This document shows positions 18,848-33,504 of a stretch of 64,000 bases of DNA, one piece after another (the first letter of the stretch is position 1; each line of letters opens with the position of its first letter). Source of the DNA: the human T2T-CHM13v2.0 reference genome, Homo sapiens; NCBI RefSeq assembly GCF_009914755.1, contig NC_060947.1; one strand, written 5' to 3'. A program made the position numbers and the translations under genes. The notes below the pieces were generated by a model. That model was not told the origin of the DNA, did not search any database, and was given only the letters and a program-made list of their open reading frames with translations.

Positions 18848-19136
18848 AACAGGCACAGTGGCTCACGCCTGTAATCTGAGCATTTTGGGAGGCCTGGGCA
18901 GGTGGATCACTTGAGCCCAGGAGTTCGACAGCCACTTGAACAACATGGCAAAACCCTGTCTCCACAGTAAGTACAAAAAATAATTAACCAGGCGTGGTGG
19001 CACACACCTGTACCCCCCAGCAACATGGGAGGCTGATGTGGGAGGATTGCTTCAACCTGGGAAGTTGAGACTGCAGTGAGCCACGATTGCATCACCCAGC
19101 CTGGGCGTTGAAGTGAGACCTTGTCTCAAAAAAAAA
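18848..19136 (+). mobile_element. AluJ
   Basis: 'gatcacttgagcccaggagttcga', 'ggaggattgcttcaacctgggaagttgagactgcagtgag'; flanking aattatc repeat. Confidence 0.93.
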
Positions 19137-20656
19137 GATGAATTATCAATATCAGGGATAAAACAAGATATCACTATGGACCCCGCAGACATCAAAAGGG
19201 TAAAAAGGGAACAGTACCAACATCTCTACATACATAAATTTGGCAACATACATGATATGAACCAATTTCTCAAAAAAAATACTACCACAACCTCACCCAA
19301 TATAAAATATATCATTTCAATGGCATTATAACAAAATTAAATTCATAATTTTAAAACTTCACAAAAAGAAATCTTCAGGTCCAGATTGTTTCACCGGAGA
19401 ATTAAATGAAATATTTAAAGAAGAATTAACAGTAAGTCCACACAATATCTTCCAGACAATAGGAGGGAACACTTCTCAATTCCTTTTATAAAGCTAATAT
19501 TATCCTGATAAGAAAATCAGACAAAGACAGTACAGAAATGTACCAAACAATATCCCTCATGAATATAGATGCAAAAATCCCTAACAAAGTACTAGAAAAA
19601 AACAATTCAGCAACACATAAAAGTAATTAAACAACATGCTCAAGTAGGGTTTAAGCCATGGATGCTGATGTGGTTTGAATGTCCCCATCAAAACTCATGT
19701 TGAAATTTAATTGCCACTGTGATGGTATTGGGAGGTGAGGTATAAAAGAGGTGAGTAAGTCATGAGGGCTTCACTCTCATGAATGGATTGTCATTATGAC
19801 AACGAGATAGTTATACAGGAGTAGGCTCATAATAAATGGATAAATTTAGCTCCTATTTTCTCTCTGTCTTGCATGCTCAATTCTGCCTTCCACTCTTCTA
19901 CCATGGACTGACCCTCACCAGATGGCACACCATGTTCTTCTCAGCCTCCAGAATTGTAAGCCAAATAAATTTCTTTTTCTTTTTTATAAATTACTCAGTC
20001 TAAAGTATTCTGTTATAGCAGCAGAAAATAAATTAAGACAGAAATCTGGTACCAAGAAATGGAGCTATTGCTATTAAAAATGCCTGAAAATGTGGAAGCA
20101 GCTTTGGAACTGAATAATTGTTAGAGCCTGGAAGAATTTGGAGCAGCAGGCTAGAAAAAGTCTAAATTGGCATGAACAGAGCATTAAGTTTCTCTTGAGG
20201 GCTCCTAAGGGGAGAGCTACAGAGGAAGTCTAAATCTTCTTAGAGATTACTGAAGTGGTCATGACCAGAATGCTGATAGAAATATGGACAGCAAAGGCCA
20301 TTCTGATGGGGTCACAGAATGATTTGAGAAACAAAATATTAGAAATTGAAGAAAAAACCTTCCTTGTTATAAAGTAGCAAAGACCTTGGCTGAATTGTGT
20401 CTGTGTCCTAGGACTTCATGAAATGCAGAACTTAAGAGCAATGAACTAGGATATCTAATGGAAGAAATATCTAAGCAGCAATGTATTCAGGCTGCTGCAT
20501 GGCTACTTTTAGCCACATACAGCGAGATGTGAAAGCCAAAGAATGACTTAAAGATGAAATTTATACTTAAAAAGATAAGCCAAACAGAAAGATAAGGAAA
20601 ATTCACAGGCTGGCCATGTAAAGACTGAAAAAGCATACTCTGGAATATGAAGAATA

Positions 20657-20956
<300 letters not shown>

Positions 20957-21930
20957 CTAAGATTGTGACCAAGCAATCATTTGCTAAAGAGATTAGTATT
21001 GATAGAACAGAGCCAGGTGCTATTCATGAAAACAATGGGAGAAAAAGACCCTGAAGGAATTTTAAAGATTTTTGAGGCTGCCCCTCCAATCACAGGCCCA
21101 GAGCTATAGGAGGACAGAATGATTTCAGGGGACAGGTCCTGGGTGTCTTCCATGGGCTCACTGCCCAAAGCCTCCTCAGGACTCTGCTCCCTGCATTCTG
21201 GTGCAGCACTCTTCAGCTGCTGCACTCATGGCTCAGTGGGTCCAGGTATGGCTTGACTTGCTGCTCCAAAAAGTCTAAGTCATAAGCCTTGGCAGCATCT
21301 ACATGGTGTTAATTCTACAGATACACAGAATGCAAGAGCTGTGGAGGAATGGCTTCCTCCACCTAGATTTCAAAGGATGCCACAAAATGCCTGAAAGTCC
21401 AGGGAGAAACCTACTACAAAGGTAGAGCCACCATAGAGAACTTCCCCACTAAGGCAATGCTTAGTGGAGTTGCAGGGGTAGGGCTGCCCTTAAGACTTCA
21501 GCACTATAGAGGTCCAAACATGCAATGCCAGCCTGGGAGAACTGCAGACATGAAACTTCTACCAATGAGAGCTGCCGGATAGACTGAGCCCTGAAAAGCC
21601 ATAGGGGCTGTATTGCCTGAGGCCTTCGGGGCCCAACTCCCACCTCAGTGCATCCAGGAAGTGATACATGGAGTCAAAGCAGGTTTAAGACTTAATGTTT
21701 CCCTGTTGGGTTTTGGACTTACTTAGGGCTTGTTACTTCTTTCTTTTTGCCTATTTCTCCCTTTTGGAATCAAAATGTCTATCCTATACCTGTCCCACAT
21801 TGTATTCTGGAAGTAGATAACTTGTTTTGATTTCACAGGTTCATAGCTGGAAGGAATTTGCCTCAGAATGAATCATGCCTTAAGTCTCACTCATATCTGA
21901 TTCAGATAAGACTTTGGACTTTTGATTTTT

Positions 21931-22522
21931 TGTGTCAGGTTTGAATCAGCCTAGTTGTTCTAAATCCAAGAATGGGGAAAGGTTTCAAAGTGGCTCAGTG
22001 GCCAATTAAGTGCTTTCAAATTTAAGGTTTATTGTGAGGCTTTCACACACCAATAATCATGCAAATATATTTAACACATAAAGGCAGTAATAAGAAAGAA
22101 GAAGAACAAACCATGGCGAGTAATTCAGGAGACCAGCACACTGATAGACAAACTGGGCAGCTCTTGATTTCCTTCAAAATGCTGACCAGTGAGGGAAGTC
22201 ACTGCTCTTCTAAGGCAGTTTCCAGCAGCCATTACCAAGAGGCCTTGGAGTTCTCATTGGCAGAGTTTCTTTAGGCATCTTAGTCATGGTCAGTTTCTTT
22301 TTTTTTTTATGGCCCTCCACAGGAGTATCCATGGTCACTATCTCAGCCTCACTTTCCTGTCAGGTCTGGAGTGTGCCTGGCCACAGTAGGTGTTATCACC
22401 TCAGTCCATTATATATATGTTTATCACTTTGATGTGTCAGCAACTTCACTGTGGGCTGAGTCACTTTTTGTAAGTGACTCTATTTCGAGACATTTAGGAT
22501 AACAAAACATTATTATATATCA
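21931..22522 (-). mobile_element. Solo LTR of uncertain family (probably ERVL class) inside MST-int
   Basis: ~590-bp block with TG...CA termini and a minus-strand AATAAA ~100 bp from its end; MST-int resumes at 'ggacatttgagttgatgctg'. Confidence 0.65.
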
Positions 22523-23879
22523 GGACATTTGAGTTGATGCTGAAAAAGTTAAGACTTTTGGGACTATTGGGATAAAGTGAATGTATTTTACCTGTGAGAA
22601 GAATATGAATTTGGAGGGCCAGGAGAGAATACTATGGTTTCATTGTGTCCCCCATAAGTTCATGTACTGGAAACTTAATTGCCACTGTAACAACATTAAG
22701 AGATGGGGTCTTTAAAAGGTAATGGATTAATGCTGTTATCACAGGAGTGGTTTAGTTATCATAGGAACAGGCTCCTAGTTTAAAAAATAAGTTTATCCCC
22801 CATCTTTTCTCTCTGTCTTTCCTGTGTGCTTCCTCATCATGTGATATCTTCCACCATGAGATGACCCTCACCAGATGCCAACACCATGCTCTTGGACTTG
22901 CCAGCCTCCAGAACCGTGAGTGAAATAGATCTCTTTTCTTTGTAAATTACCTAGTCTATAGTATTCTATTATAGCAACAAACAATGGATAAAGACAGAAG
23001 CAAAGCTGGTACAATATTACAAAAATCAATCAATGTAATTTACCATATTAAAAGATTAAAGAAGAAACCTTATATGAACATATTGATCAATGCAGGAAAA
23101 GTGTTTGAAAAAATTAATACCAATTCACTACAAAAATTCTCAGAAAAATATAGAGAGGAACTTTCTCAACTTGATATAGAACATCTACATAAATCCTAAA
23201 GTTAACATCATACTTCATGATGAAAGACTGGATAGTTTCCCCTTAAGATCAAGAACAAGGCAAGGATGTCCATTTCACCACTCTTACTCAACATAATGTT
23301 AGAAGATCTAGCCAGTCCGATAAAGAAAGTAAAGAACATAAAAGGCATGCAGATGGAGAATAAATAAAACTACCCAGATTTGAAGATGCCTACAGAGAAC
23401 ATCCAAAGAAATCTACAAAAACCTCCAAAACTAGTAAATGAATTCAGCAAGGTTGGAGGACAGAAGATAATGATACAAAAATTAATTGTATTTCTATATA
23501 ATAGTAATGAAATGTAGACACTGAAGTTCAAAATATAGTACCATTTAAATTCCTTTTAAAATCCAATACTTAAGTGTAAATCTAATAAAACACATGCGGA
23601 ACTTATACACTGAAAACTACACAATGCTAATGAAAAGAAATAAAAAATAATCTAAATAAATAGAGATACATAACATGTTCTGGATTGGGAACTCAGCACA
23701 GTAAGAATGCAAATTCTCCCCAAGTTGATAAACAGATTTAATGTAATTTCTATCAAAATCCCAGCAAGACTTCTGTAGATATAGAAAATATTATTCTATC
23801 TGGTCCTTTACAGAAAAGTTTGTGCATCATTCCTCTACTGCAAGACAAGTAGGAGTCTAGTTGCTGCTCAGAAGTTTCT

Positions 23880-25900
23880 TTTTCTGTTCCTAGGCCCTTC
23901 TTTCACACAAACCCCAATCCAATATTTTCTATGTCCAGTAACATAAGATCTCTTCCTTCAGTCACAGAGAAAATTGAGGTCATCAAATAAGAATGTTTCA
24001 ACTACATTTCCAATGTTTCATCCCTGCTTTTATGTATTTGCTCTTGTACATACTTCATTCTTTCTGGAATGTAAGTTCCATCCAGGCAGGGATTTTTGTC
24101 CTGGTTTTTCAAACTGCTACATCTTCAGTACCTAGAACAGTATCTGGCAGGGTACAGAGGCTACATAAATCTTTGTTAAATGAAATTATCTTCAATTTCC
24201 ATAGAAAAGGTGCCATTTCTTCTATCTCAAGGCTAATCCTTCCACCTATTCTCTGGATCTCTTCTATTTCCACCTTTCCAGGGACCTCAGCTCTTCAACA
24301 GATCCTTCTCATTCTTACATCTTCAACTTCATCCTCTCTCTTTAGCATACAAGTATGCTCATGTCTCTCCCAGTGTATATGTACAGATAAATAGCCAGCT
24401 GCCACCCAACTGCTCACCTCACATTCACAACCAAATTTCTTGAAAGACTTGTCTATACTCACAGTCTCCACTTCTTCTTCTCCATTAAATCCTCAGCCCA
24501 CTATAGTTTGGCTTTAGCCCCCACTACACCACTGAAATGGCTTCATTTCAAGCTAGCAATCTCTCCATGGTACAAATTCCTATAGAAAGTTCACAATCTT
24601 GATCTAAGTCTGTAGCATTCAACACAGTTAACCATTCCCTGCCTGAAAATCTTCTTCTCCTCTTGCTTCCTGGACACCATACTCTGGTTTTCTTTCCATC
24701 TCCCTCTCCTTTTTCTTCTCTCTCTCCCTTCTCTCATTCTTCTCCCTCCCCAACCTGGAGTGGAGTATCTGCTTGTTTTTTGTGTTACTCCTCTGGACCT
24801 TTGTCCTTGTCCTTTTTCTGTACTCTATATATTCCCCCTGCATAAAAGCTACATCTACTCTATATGCATACGTATGTCTCAAGTATGGAAAATTGGCTGC
24901 TTGAAGATTCATACAGCCTGCAGCTGGGTTTTGTTTGGCTGGCTTACCAGATTTTTTTTCATTTTCCCCGGTGAAACCTCCAACATTTATTTCTAACTTG
25001 AATGTCTTTGGGGAGGGCTTGTGCTCATCTCTTCTTTTTGTCTTAGGCCCATATCAGCCCCAAACAGAATTATTCATGTATGTCACCTATCTGGATACTG
25101 TAGACATTCAGATTTTTAACTCCTAATGCTGATGACTTTCAAGACTATATCAGTAGCACAAACTACATTCCTGCACCCCAAATAATATATCCAATCTTCA
25201 TTTGGGTATCTGACAGGCACCTCACACTCAACATAGGTAAAACTGAGCTCAGGACTTCCCCATCAAGTCTTATCCTCCTGTGTTTCCCCCTCAATGAATG
25301 GCACTTCCTGACACCAAAGTTCAATCCTGAGATTCGCACTCACTCTCCATTACCCACCTCATCACTTACATGCAATTGATTAGCAAATCATGTAAATTCT
25401 ACCCCCTAAATATCTCTCAAATGTATGCCTTCTTCTTCTTCTTCCCTGTTACTATATTTTTAACTCAAGGTCTTGTCATTTCCAACTGAATCATTGCAAT
25501 AGCCTCTATAGGGTATTTCACTATCAGATCCCTTTTTGACCCCTTTAGCATTGACTCTCTACAACTCAGTTCACACCCTAGGTTCAAGCCCAGCAAGACC
25601 AGGAACTCTCTGGTTCTCTACACCTCAGTGATTTGACAGGTTCCCTCTGCTTGAAACACCTTCCTACCATCTTCATTCCAGAAAAGCCTATGCTGTCCTT
25701 TATATTTCAACTCAGACATTTCCATCTCTAGAAGGCGTGCCTTTCCTGACACCTCACATCCTGTAAGAGAGGGGCCCTCACACCTCTCAACCAGCTCCTG
25801 CACTAAACCCATTTCCCTATGGGCAGGAAAGATATTCACAACTGTATTCTACATGCTGGGTACACAATAGTCCATCAATAATTTTTTAAATGAATGATTC
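23880..25900 (+). mobile_element. LINE-2 fragments (RT region and 3' ends)
   Basis: 'cctcagcccactatagtttggctttagcccccactacaccactgaaa' (QSGFRPHHSTET-like region); L2 3' end at 24060-24185 'gtaagttccatccaggcaggg...ttgttaaatgaa'. Confidence 0.8.
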
Positions 25901-25974
25901 TCTGAGTAAAGTCTGTCTTCATTGGAGTGGTGACCAATCATCTTTGCAATCCAGCTGCAACTTCCACTGTCATC

Positions 25975-26388
25975 TGAAATGGTGTGGATCTGTGTCCTTA
26001 CCCAAAACATATGTCGAAATGTGATCCCCAATGCTGGAGGTGGGGTCTAGTGAGGGGTGATTGAATCATGGGGGCAGTTTCTACCCGTTTCACACTATCT
26101 CCCTAGTGCTGTTCTCATGATAGAGTTCTCATGAGATCTGGTTGTTTAAAAATGTGTGATATCTCCCCCTTCTTGCTCTCTTCCTCTTGCTCTTGCCACG
26201 TAAGAAGTGCCTGCTTCCCCCTTCACCTTCTGCCATTATTGTAAGTTTCCTGATCTTTCCCCAGAAGTCAAGCAAATGCTGCCATGCTTCCTGCACAGCC
26301 TGCAGAATGTGAGCCAATTAAACCTCTTTTCTTTATAAATTACCCCATCTCAGGTATTTCCATGGCAATGCAGGAATTAAATAATACA
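25975..26388 (+). mobile_element. MaLR solo LTR (MSTA-like)
   Basis: TG...ACA termini, 'gagccaattaaacctcttttctttataaattacc'; TSD tcatc at 25970-25974 and 26389-26393. Confidence 0.93.
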
Positions 26389-26799
26389 TCATCCATATCT
26401 CTCACTAGACCCCTACATGAATCTAATGCTCCAAACAATATCAAGAATATCATATTATAGCTTTTGACTGAAAAGAAAGTCTGTAAACCTTAACAATTGT
26501 ATTCACAAATTTAAATAAATTGCCACAGTGACTGTTGAATAAGGGAACAAACTACTTCATTCCCTGAAGACCCTGTGCTGGTTTCCCACTTATATAATTG
26601 ATCATGGGCTCCTCAATACCTCCTCCTATAATAAATCTATCCCTTATCCACCAAATTAAATACTATTTTCTTGAAATCTTACCTGCTCTACTTAGCCAAA
26701 AATAGAAATGATTGCTCCTTCCTCTGAGCTCCTCCACCTTGGATTCTCTGATAACTATCTAATTTTGCCTTATATTGTATTTTTTGTATGCATAGCTTC

Positions 26800-26905
26800 T
26801 ATCCCCTTCCTGACTGTAATCACCTTCAGAGCAGAGAACATGTCTTTTTTGACCCTTTGATGCCCCGTAGCATCTGGAACTTAGCAAGTACACAATGCAT
26901 ATTTT
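26800..26905 (+). mobile_element. L2 3' end fragment
   Basis: 'gactgtaatcaccttcagagcagagaacatgtc...ccccgtagcatctggaac'. Confidence 0.65.
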
Positions 26906-28419
26906 AAGTGACTATTAGATAAGATCAGATTAGGAGTATTTCAACTAATTAAAATGCATTTAGTATTTGATTATTATCCCTAAAGCCAACTGCTTTGTGA
27001 ATTTAAATAAATAAAGCTCATCCACAGTAATAATTAATTACCAATTATCATGTTAGTGTTTCCTGTTTACAAATATTAACCTAGGGAAACAGGGGTTTTC
27101 TAAGTTACTGAGAGGAGTAGACACTTTGGTTTCCATTCTAAAACCAAAGCTACAGATTCCATTTCCATGTGGTCTGCTTGGACAGTGAAGTGATTGCTTC
27201 AGGTTTCAGCTGAAACTATATTGGCAACTCAGGGGTATATTTTAAAAACCCTCAGTAGGTCCCATGGAGACTTCCTGAGATAAAGAGCTGTAATTTAATT
27301 TGCTATTGCATAACCCAGTCACGAAAGGCACAAAGGAGCCCACGTTTTCATTCCCTTCATAGTAGACATTTAATTATATGATAATAACTTACAGCTTGCT
27401 ACTCGGCTTCTACTTTTATGAAATGTAAATTACACTTCACTCAAAAGTGCAAGATGAGCATTTAAAATACTTCACTAAATGAGTTTAAAGAATTTTCTGA
27501 CATTTTTTTCCAGGCTAAGAATTAGGAAGGTGATATACCTTTAAAGGATACTTTGATTTAGATACCAGGAAATTTGAGTTCTTAATGAATATCTGAAAGA
27601 GAGAAAAGCTTCCAAGAAAAAAATGAATAGTGTGTTCTAAGCAAGCTCAATGGCTTCAGTAAAGCCAAAGCCTCATCTTTCAGAATAAGTCTACCACTTT
27701 TTCAACTGTGTAGATTCATTAATGGAGTTTTACTGGTAAGGCTAAGGAAAAAAGAAAGTGATGACAATGATAAAGGTGTTGCTATTTGAATGACTACATT
27801 TGGAAATGAATGCTAAATGTACTTTATTTGTCTTTTATTGCACCACTTTCTCCTAACATTAAAATTGACTCCTAACGGAGGTCAAGTGTTTGGGAAAATC
27901 ATTATTATTTCCACTGCTGCATTATGCATTGAAGTAGAAAACATAGTCTGGGGAACCCAAAGCCACAGATGACTTAAAGGAATCCTGAAGCATTCTCCTT
28001 AAACCTTGCATTTTGCATTCAGGGGCTTTGCCATCATTCTTGCCAACTCAAACTATACGAGTAATCAGGATTACTCTCCATGGTATTTGCCTCTGGTGGT
28101 TCATTCAATGTCTTCACCAAAAAATTCCAAAGAAACTAGGAAATGAAGAAGATCCAGAAAGGGAGGTAACTTACATTTTCATATGGGAAACAAAGATATA
28201 AAACTTTAAGCAAATTATTTTTCATGACTTGATCAGGAAATCATGAGGAATTCAGGGTCAACTACCACTGATAATCATAAAAGACCTTATACTTGTCAAG
28301 GATTTTATTATTTTCAAAAAATTTTCAAACATAAATTCATAGCATGTTAGAACTAGAAGGAACATTAAAATTCATCCAGTGTCACTCTCTCTTTTAATGC
28401 ATTTATTCTATCTATTGTT

Positions 28420-29335
28420 ATAAACTTTTATTGAAATATAACATACAAAAAATGTAAATCTTAATTATACAGATTAATTTTTATAAAGTAAGCACACTTA
28501 TGTTACCATCACCTAGATCAAGACTCAGAGCATTATCAGTATTCCAAAAGTCTCTCTCATGTTTCTCTTGGTCTTCTATCATTATTCTAATTTCTATCAC
28601 CATAGATTAATTTTGCCTGTGCTTGAACTTGATATAAATGTATTCTCTTTTATCTCTGGCTTCTTATTCAATCTTATATGTGTGAGATTCATCCATTGTG
28701 CTTGGTGTTGTAGTATTTTTTTCTTATTAATTGCTGTGTGATATTCCATTGTATGAATATACCACAATTTATCCATTCTAATGTTGATGAACATTTAGAT
28801 TATTTTTAGTTTGGTGCCATTACAAATAATGCTGCTGTGAACATTTTGCACATCTTTTGGTGCAAATGTGTGCATTTCTGTTGGGTATATGCATAGTAAT
28901 GGATTTATTAGGTCATTGGGTACACATATATTCAACTTTAATTGATACTGCCAGTTTTCCAAAGTAGTTGTACCAGTTTACACTGCAGTCAACAGCATAT
29001 GAGAGTTCCACTCACTCCACTCCTTGGCAATACTTGCTGTTGTTTGTCTTTTTAATGATAACTATTCTGATAAACGTGTAGTGGTCACTCATTGTGGTTT
29101 TAATTTGCATTTCCCCAATGACTAATGATGCTTGCTAAACATGTCAGTATACTATTTGATGAAATACCTGATCAAGTCCTTAATTTTTAATTAGGTTATC
29201 TGTCGTTTTTTATTTATCCGTGGGAGTTATTTATATATTCTGGACACAAGTCCTTTGCAAGTTATGTATATTATAAATATTTTCTCCCACTCTAATTTGC
29301 CTTTTCATTATCTTAATGATGTTTTAGATGAATAT
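28420..29335 (-). mobile_element. L1ME-type 3' end
   Basis: 'aacttttattgaaatataacatac', 'ttgtggttttaatttgcatttccccaatgactaatgatg'. Confidence 0.85.
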
Positions 29336-29349
29336 AATTACTGTATTTC

Positions 29350-29490
29350 AATAAAGACCAAGAGAGAAGGCTCAAATTACCAAGATGAGGAATGAAATAT
29401 CAGGAATGAAAAAGGAGACATCACTACAGATATTATGTGTTAAAAAGATAAGAGGAAGATAGTACAAACAACTTTATGCCAACTCTTTTG
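29350..29490 (+). mobile_element. Old L1 ORF2 fragment in opposite orientation
   Basis: 'caggaatgaaaaaggagacatcactacagat...aacaactttatgccaa'. Confidence 0.75.
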
Positions 29491-29611
29491 CTATGATAGT
29501 GCATGTACTATCTATTTTCATTGTACAAGCTATCAACACCATATAAATTTAAAGAATGAAAAATTAGAAAATCATTTCTCTGTTGTTACTTCTAAAATAT
29601 GGAAAGATATC

Positions 29612-29930
29612 ACTTCATTTATTCAACATTTGTTTACAACATCTAAATGTCAGATATTTTATGAGGGGATAGGGACATAACAATGAACAAAAAAGAACAG
29701 TCCCTTTTATCATGGAGCTTACAAACCCATGGGAAAAAAACAAACATTAACAATCACCCTGATAACTCATTACCATTATGGCAAGTGCTACATAGAATAG
29801 CTACAGGGTGCTATACATGTGTATAAAAGGGACTATTTAGAGTAGAGGAGCATGACAAACTAATCTGAAAGAACTACATATAAGCTGAGACTTGAAGGAT
29901 AGTTATAAGTTTGCTAGGTGTAGGGGGTGG
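29612..29930 (-). mobile_element. L2 3' region
   Basis: 'ttcatttattcaacatttgttta...atgaacaaaaaagaacagtccc...tcatggagcttaca'. Confidence 0.8.
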
Positions 29931-30009
29931 AAGAGAAGGGAGGATGAGAAAGGGAAAACTCAGAAAGAATGAGCACCCCTCCCCATAACACACACATATA
30001 CTTGCGTAC

Positions 30010-30671
30010 ATGCACACAGCCTACCTGGTGCAATATGACCCAAAGATTCGACTGCTCCAGATCAAAGTTAAGAGGATGCAGAGTTCTAAAGCCAAGGCAA
30101 GAGGAAACAAAGAGCTAAATTACTGTTCTACAATGGAAGTGGCTCTGAGGTTTGGAAAACAGAGATATAGAAGTACCTATAAGAGCTTCAAGACAGTATT
30201 CTCAAAACAGACAGGGTTACTGGAGTTTTACAGATTCTACAAGTAGAGTATATAGACACCCTGTTCTTTGACAGTGCCCAGGGAGGTGACAGGACATCGG
30301 AGAAAAATGGCAATGTGATATCCAAGAAAGACTAGACCCAAACCAGTTCAGGACTCCCAGCCTGGACAGAATCCCCTGTGCCTCAGCTTGGTCCAGAAGC
30401 AGCAGAGCTGCTAGCCTTGAAGAGACCATACAGGCTTGGACAATGAGTATGTCAGTGATGGCCAGTGTGAAAAACTGAAGATCTGAGGATTCCCTGTGAT
30501 GGTCCAAATGCTTAGTACTTAACATGGACATGGAGGCCTCCACAATGACTGAGATTAAATGTTCTATCAAATCTGGGGGGAGGGTATGGTCTCTGAGCAG
30601 ATTGATATTTAGAGAATAAAAGAAATATTTATTTCACTCTATATTTTGGGGTAAAATGCATGCCCACTACA
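30010..30671 (+). mobile_element. Ancient Gypsy-type solo LTR (MamGypLTR-like)
   Basis: 3' part 'gactgagattaaatg...gatatttagagaataaaagaaatatttatttc...cccactaca' resembles recalled MamGypLTR ends; 5' boundary uncertain. Confidence 0.5.
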
Positions 30672-30955
30672 ATATTTAATATTGGGAGAAAGTAGTGGAA
30701 TCTACTCTGGGAGAAAGTAGAGAGAGTCTCAAAGCAGTTTGGGCTGAGCTATAGGTATCTTTGATAGGACTACCTTGGTCATGAGTGGGGATGGAGCAGT
30801 TAAAGGCACAGGGCCAGAGCAGACAAATGCTCACTGAATGAAAGAATGAATGGTCCTCGCCCTTTCAGGAACCCATTCCAATCTTCAGAAAGTCAGTATT
30901 TCTATCAGATCTCCTCTCCCACAAGAGGGACCCATAGAAAGTTTGGCTGCCTTAC

Positions 30956-31040
30956 CTTTATCTATTGCTTCCCAGCAACAGAAGTAAGCTGCCCAAGTGG
31001 CCGCCAAGGTTGTAGGGGCAAAAATGTGCTTCATGCTTAA
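30956..31040 (-). other. Candidate 85-bp exon (probably non-coding or cryptic)
   Basis: Minus strand acceptor tgcttctttcccAG| and donor AAG|GTAAGG in non-repetitive sequence. Confidence 0.3.
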
Positions 31041-31751
31041 CTGGGAAAGAAGCAATTCCTTGAGTTATGTGTCATTAGTGAATCCTAATGTCATTAGGTA
31101 TAAGAATCAGAATTTGCATAGAAATCATTGCAGGGAATTGTTCCTTCCCCATACCAGTATTGATTTCTCAGCACCATTAGCTGCTTAATGCTACTGCTTT
31201 TAATTGATTACTTCAGGGGAGTCCCTCAATAGCAAGCTTCTTCAATTGAGATGGAAGGACATTCGCTGAATGTGATTCAACAACCCCAATTGACTCTGGA
31301 GACCTCTGCCTATCTACAGCATAATCATGGCAGCCTCACACAGTTTAATAAATAACATGGTCCTTCCGAATACAATATTCAGGCTATAACCTAGTTAAAA
31401 ATATGAACTTGTCTGGTTCTGTTTACCTTCTAAAAATCAATGATCAAGTCATACATTTGTAAATACATGTACAGTTGGGAGTCTGGGAGTTATTTTAAAA
31501 CTTCTTGTTTCAATCTCTGAATATGTATGAAGACTCTGAAATGCTGAGTTAACTCTCCTGCCTTAGTAAGTAGTTGAGTAGCTATAGCTAGACTCTACTT
31601 TGCCTAACTAGGTATAACATAGTATATGGAACACCACTGTCACTATCAAGGACTAGAAAAGTTGAGAAGTGTTGGGTTAAAAGCATATTGAGGCAAAGAC
31701 AGCTCAGGGAGCACTTCAATAATTTACCCAATTCCCCAGCAGGAGCTTCTA

Positions 31752-32056
31752 TTTTTGTTTTTGAGACAGGGCCTTGCTCTGTTGCCCAGACTGGAGTGCA
31801 GTGGTAGTGGTAGTGGTATGATCTCAGCTCATTGCTCCTCAACCTTCCAGGCTCAGGAGATCCTCTCCCACCTCAGACTCCCAAGTAGCTGGGACTACAA
31901 GTGTGTGCCACCACACCCAGCTAATTTTGTTTATTTTTTGTAGAGACAAGGTCTCACTGTGCTGCCAAGGCTGGTCTCAAACTCTTATGCTCAAGCGATC
32001 TTCTTGCCTTGGCCTCTCAAAGTGGTGGGATTACAGGCGTAAGCCACCACACCTGA
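31752..32056 (-). mobile_element. AluJ with internal (AGTGGT)3 expansion
   Basis: 'gagacagggccttgctctg...gcagtggtagtggtagtggtatg...gctcaagcgatc'. Confidence 0.94.
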
Positions 32057-32125
32057 TAAGCTTTTTGTTTTCTGATTCACTTTTCTCCTCAATGTTGTCC
32101 TCAGGAAAAAGGATCTTGTTCATCA

Positions 32126-32521
<396 letters not shown>

Positions 32522-33504
32522 TCAGATGCACAAGAATGTTTTTCTAATATCTCGGTCTATTTTGAGCACCTATTCCTCCAAGTAGTATAAACCTTAACTC
32601 CAGTCAATTCAAGCACTCCCCACAATCTCTGGGATTGTGGCTAAGACAAGCAGAAAGTGTTTGATCTTCAGTTGCCTGCTGTTGTTCACCCTGGAATCCA
32701 CTGAGAGGTGTATTGTCATGTGTGGCCTTGGTTATCTCTCTGCATGTGTTCTAGGGATATTCAAATTCCACCCAGGCATCAGTTACAGAAGCACTCAGAT
32801 CACTGCTGTGCCTCCTTAGCCTTGAGATTAAGATCTCTCAGGTCTCGAGATGTCCTTGTGGGTATTTAGAAAACACTCGGTTCTTCCAATACCTCCCCAG
32901 AGTCTAGGGAATTGTGAGGTGGTCTCAAGCCCTGTCTCCTGACATAGAATACATGCAGTCAACACTACTGCTCTAGTGTCAGGCTAGGTTCAGGGAAACT
33001 GTTCAAAAACCTCTATATGGGGAGAGGCAAGAAACAGTCTCATCTGCTCTCAGATTTCTCTACTCCCATGCCCCATTGAGGGTTGTATTATTCATATTTC
33101 TTCAATTTGGGTCTTAGTCCACAACATCATGTTACAGCACCTCTGTTAAGGGACTCACTAAGGACTCACTCTTTTGTTCTAATTCTCACTTTTCTCATAT
33201 CTGATAGGATCTTCATCTAGTTTGGGGAAGAGGAAAACAGGCTTTAACTTATCCTGTATCCTTTCAAATCTAGTGTGTATGTCATGAAGTGCATTTTCTG
33301 GGTTCTTTAGGACTCGGGCCTTTGAAGCTCAAAAGCTCTAGTTCCTGAAATTCTAAATAGGCTTTTAAAACTCAAAGGCTACAAATTTACTTTTTTTTGT
33401 CTTCTGCTCTTCTACTATAACAGCCTTTCTCTTAGGTGATGAATGTGTTTGCTGAATATGGAAAGGACTAGGTATAAGCACACACACAGACACACAAACA
33501 CACA

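Noticed and set aside
21925-22532. Processed pseudogene (short T run plus ggac(t/a)tttga repeat as TSD)
   Set aside because: T run is only ~6 nt, the poly(A) signal is ~100 bp from the end, and TG...CA termini fit a solo LTR better
27393-27540. Possible minus-strand exon ending in GTAAGT
   Set aside because: Weak acceptor context and no convincing open frame
32560-33136. Possible old LTR ending '...catgttaca'
   Set aside because: Could not identify the family, the other terminus or a TSD
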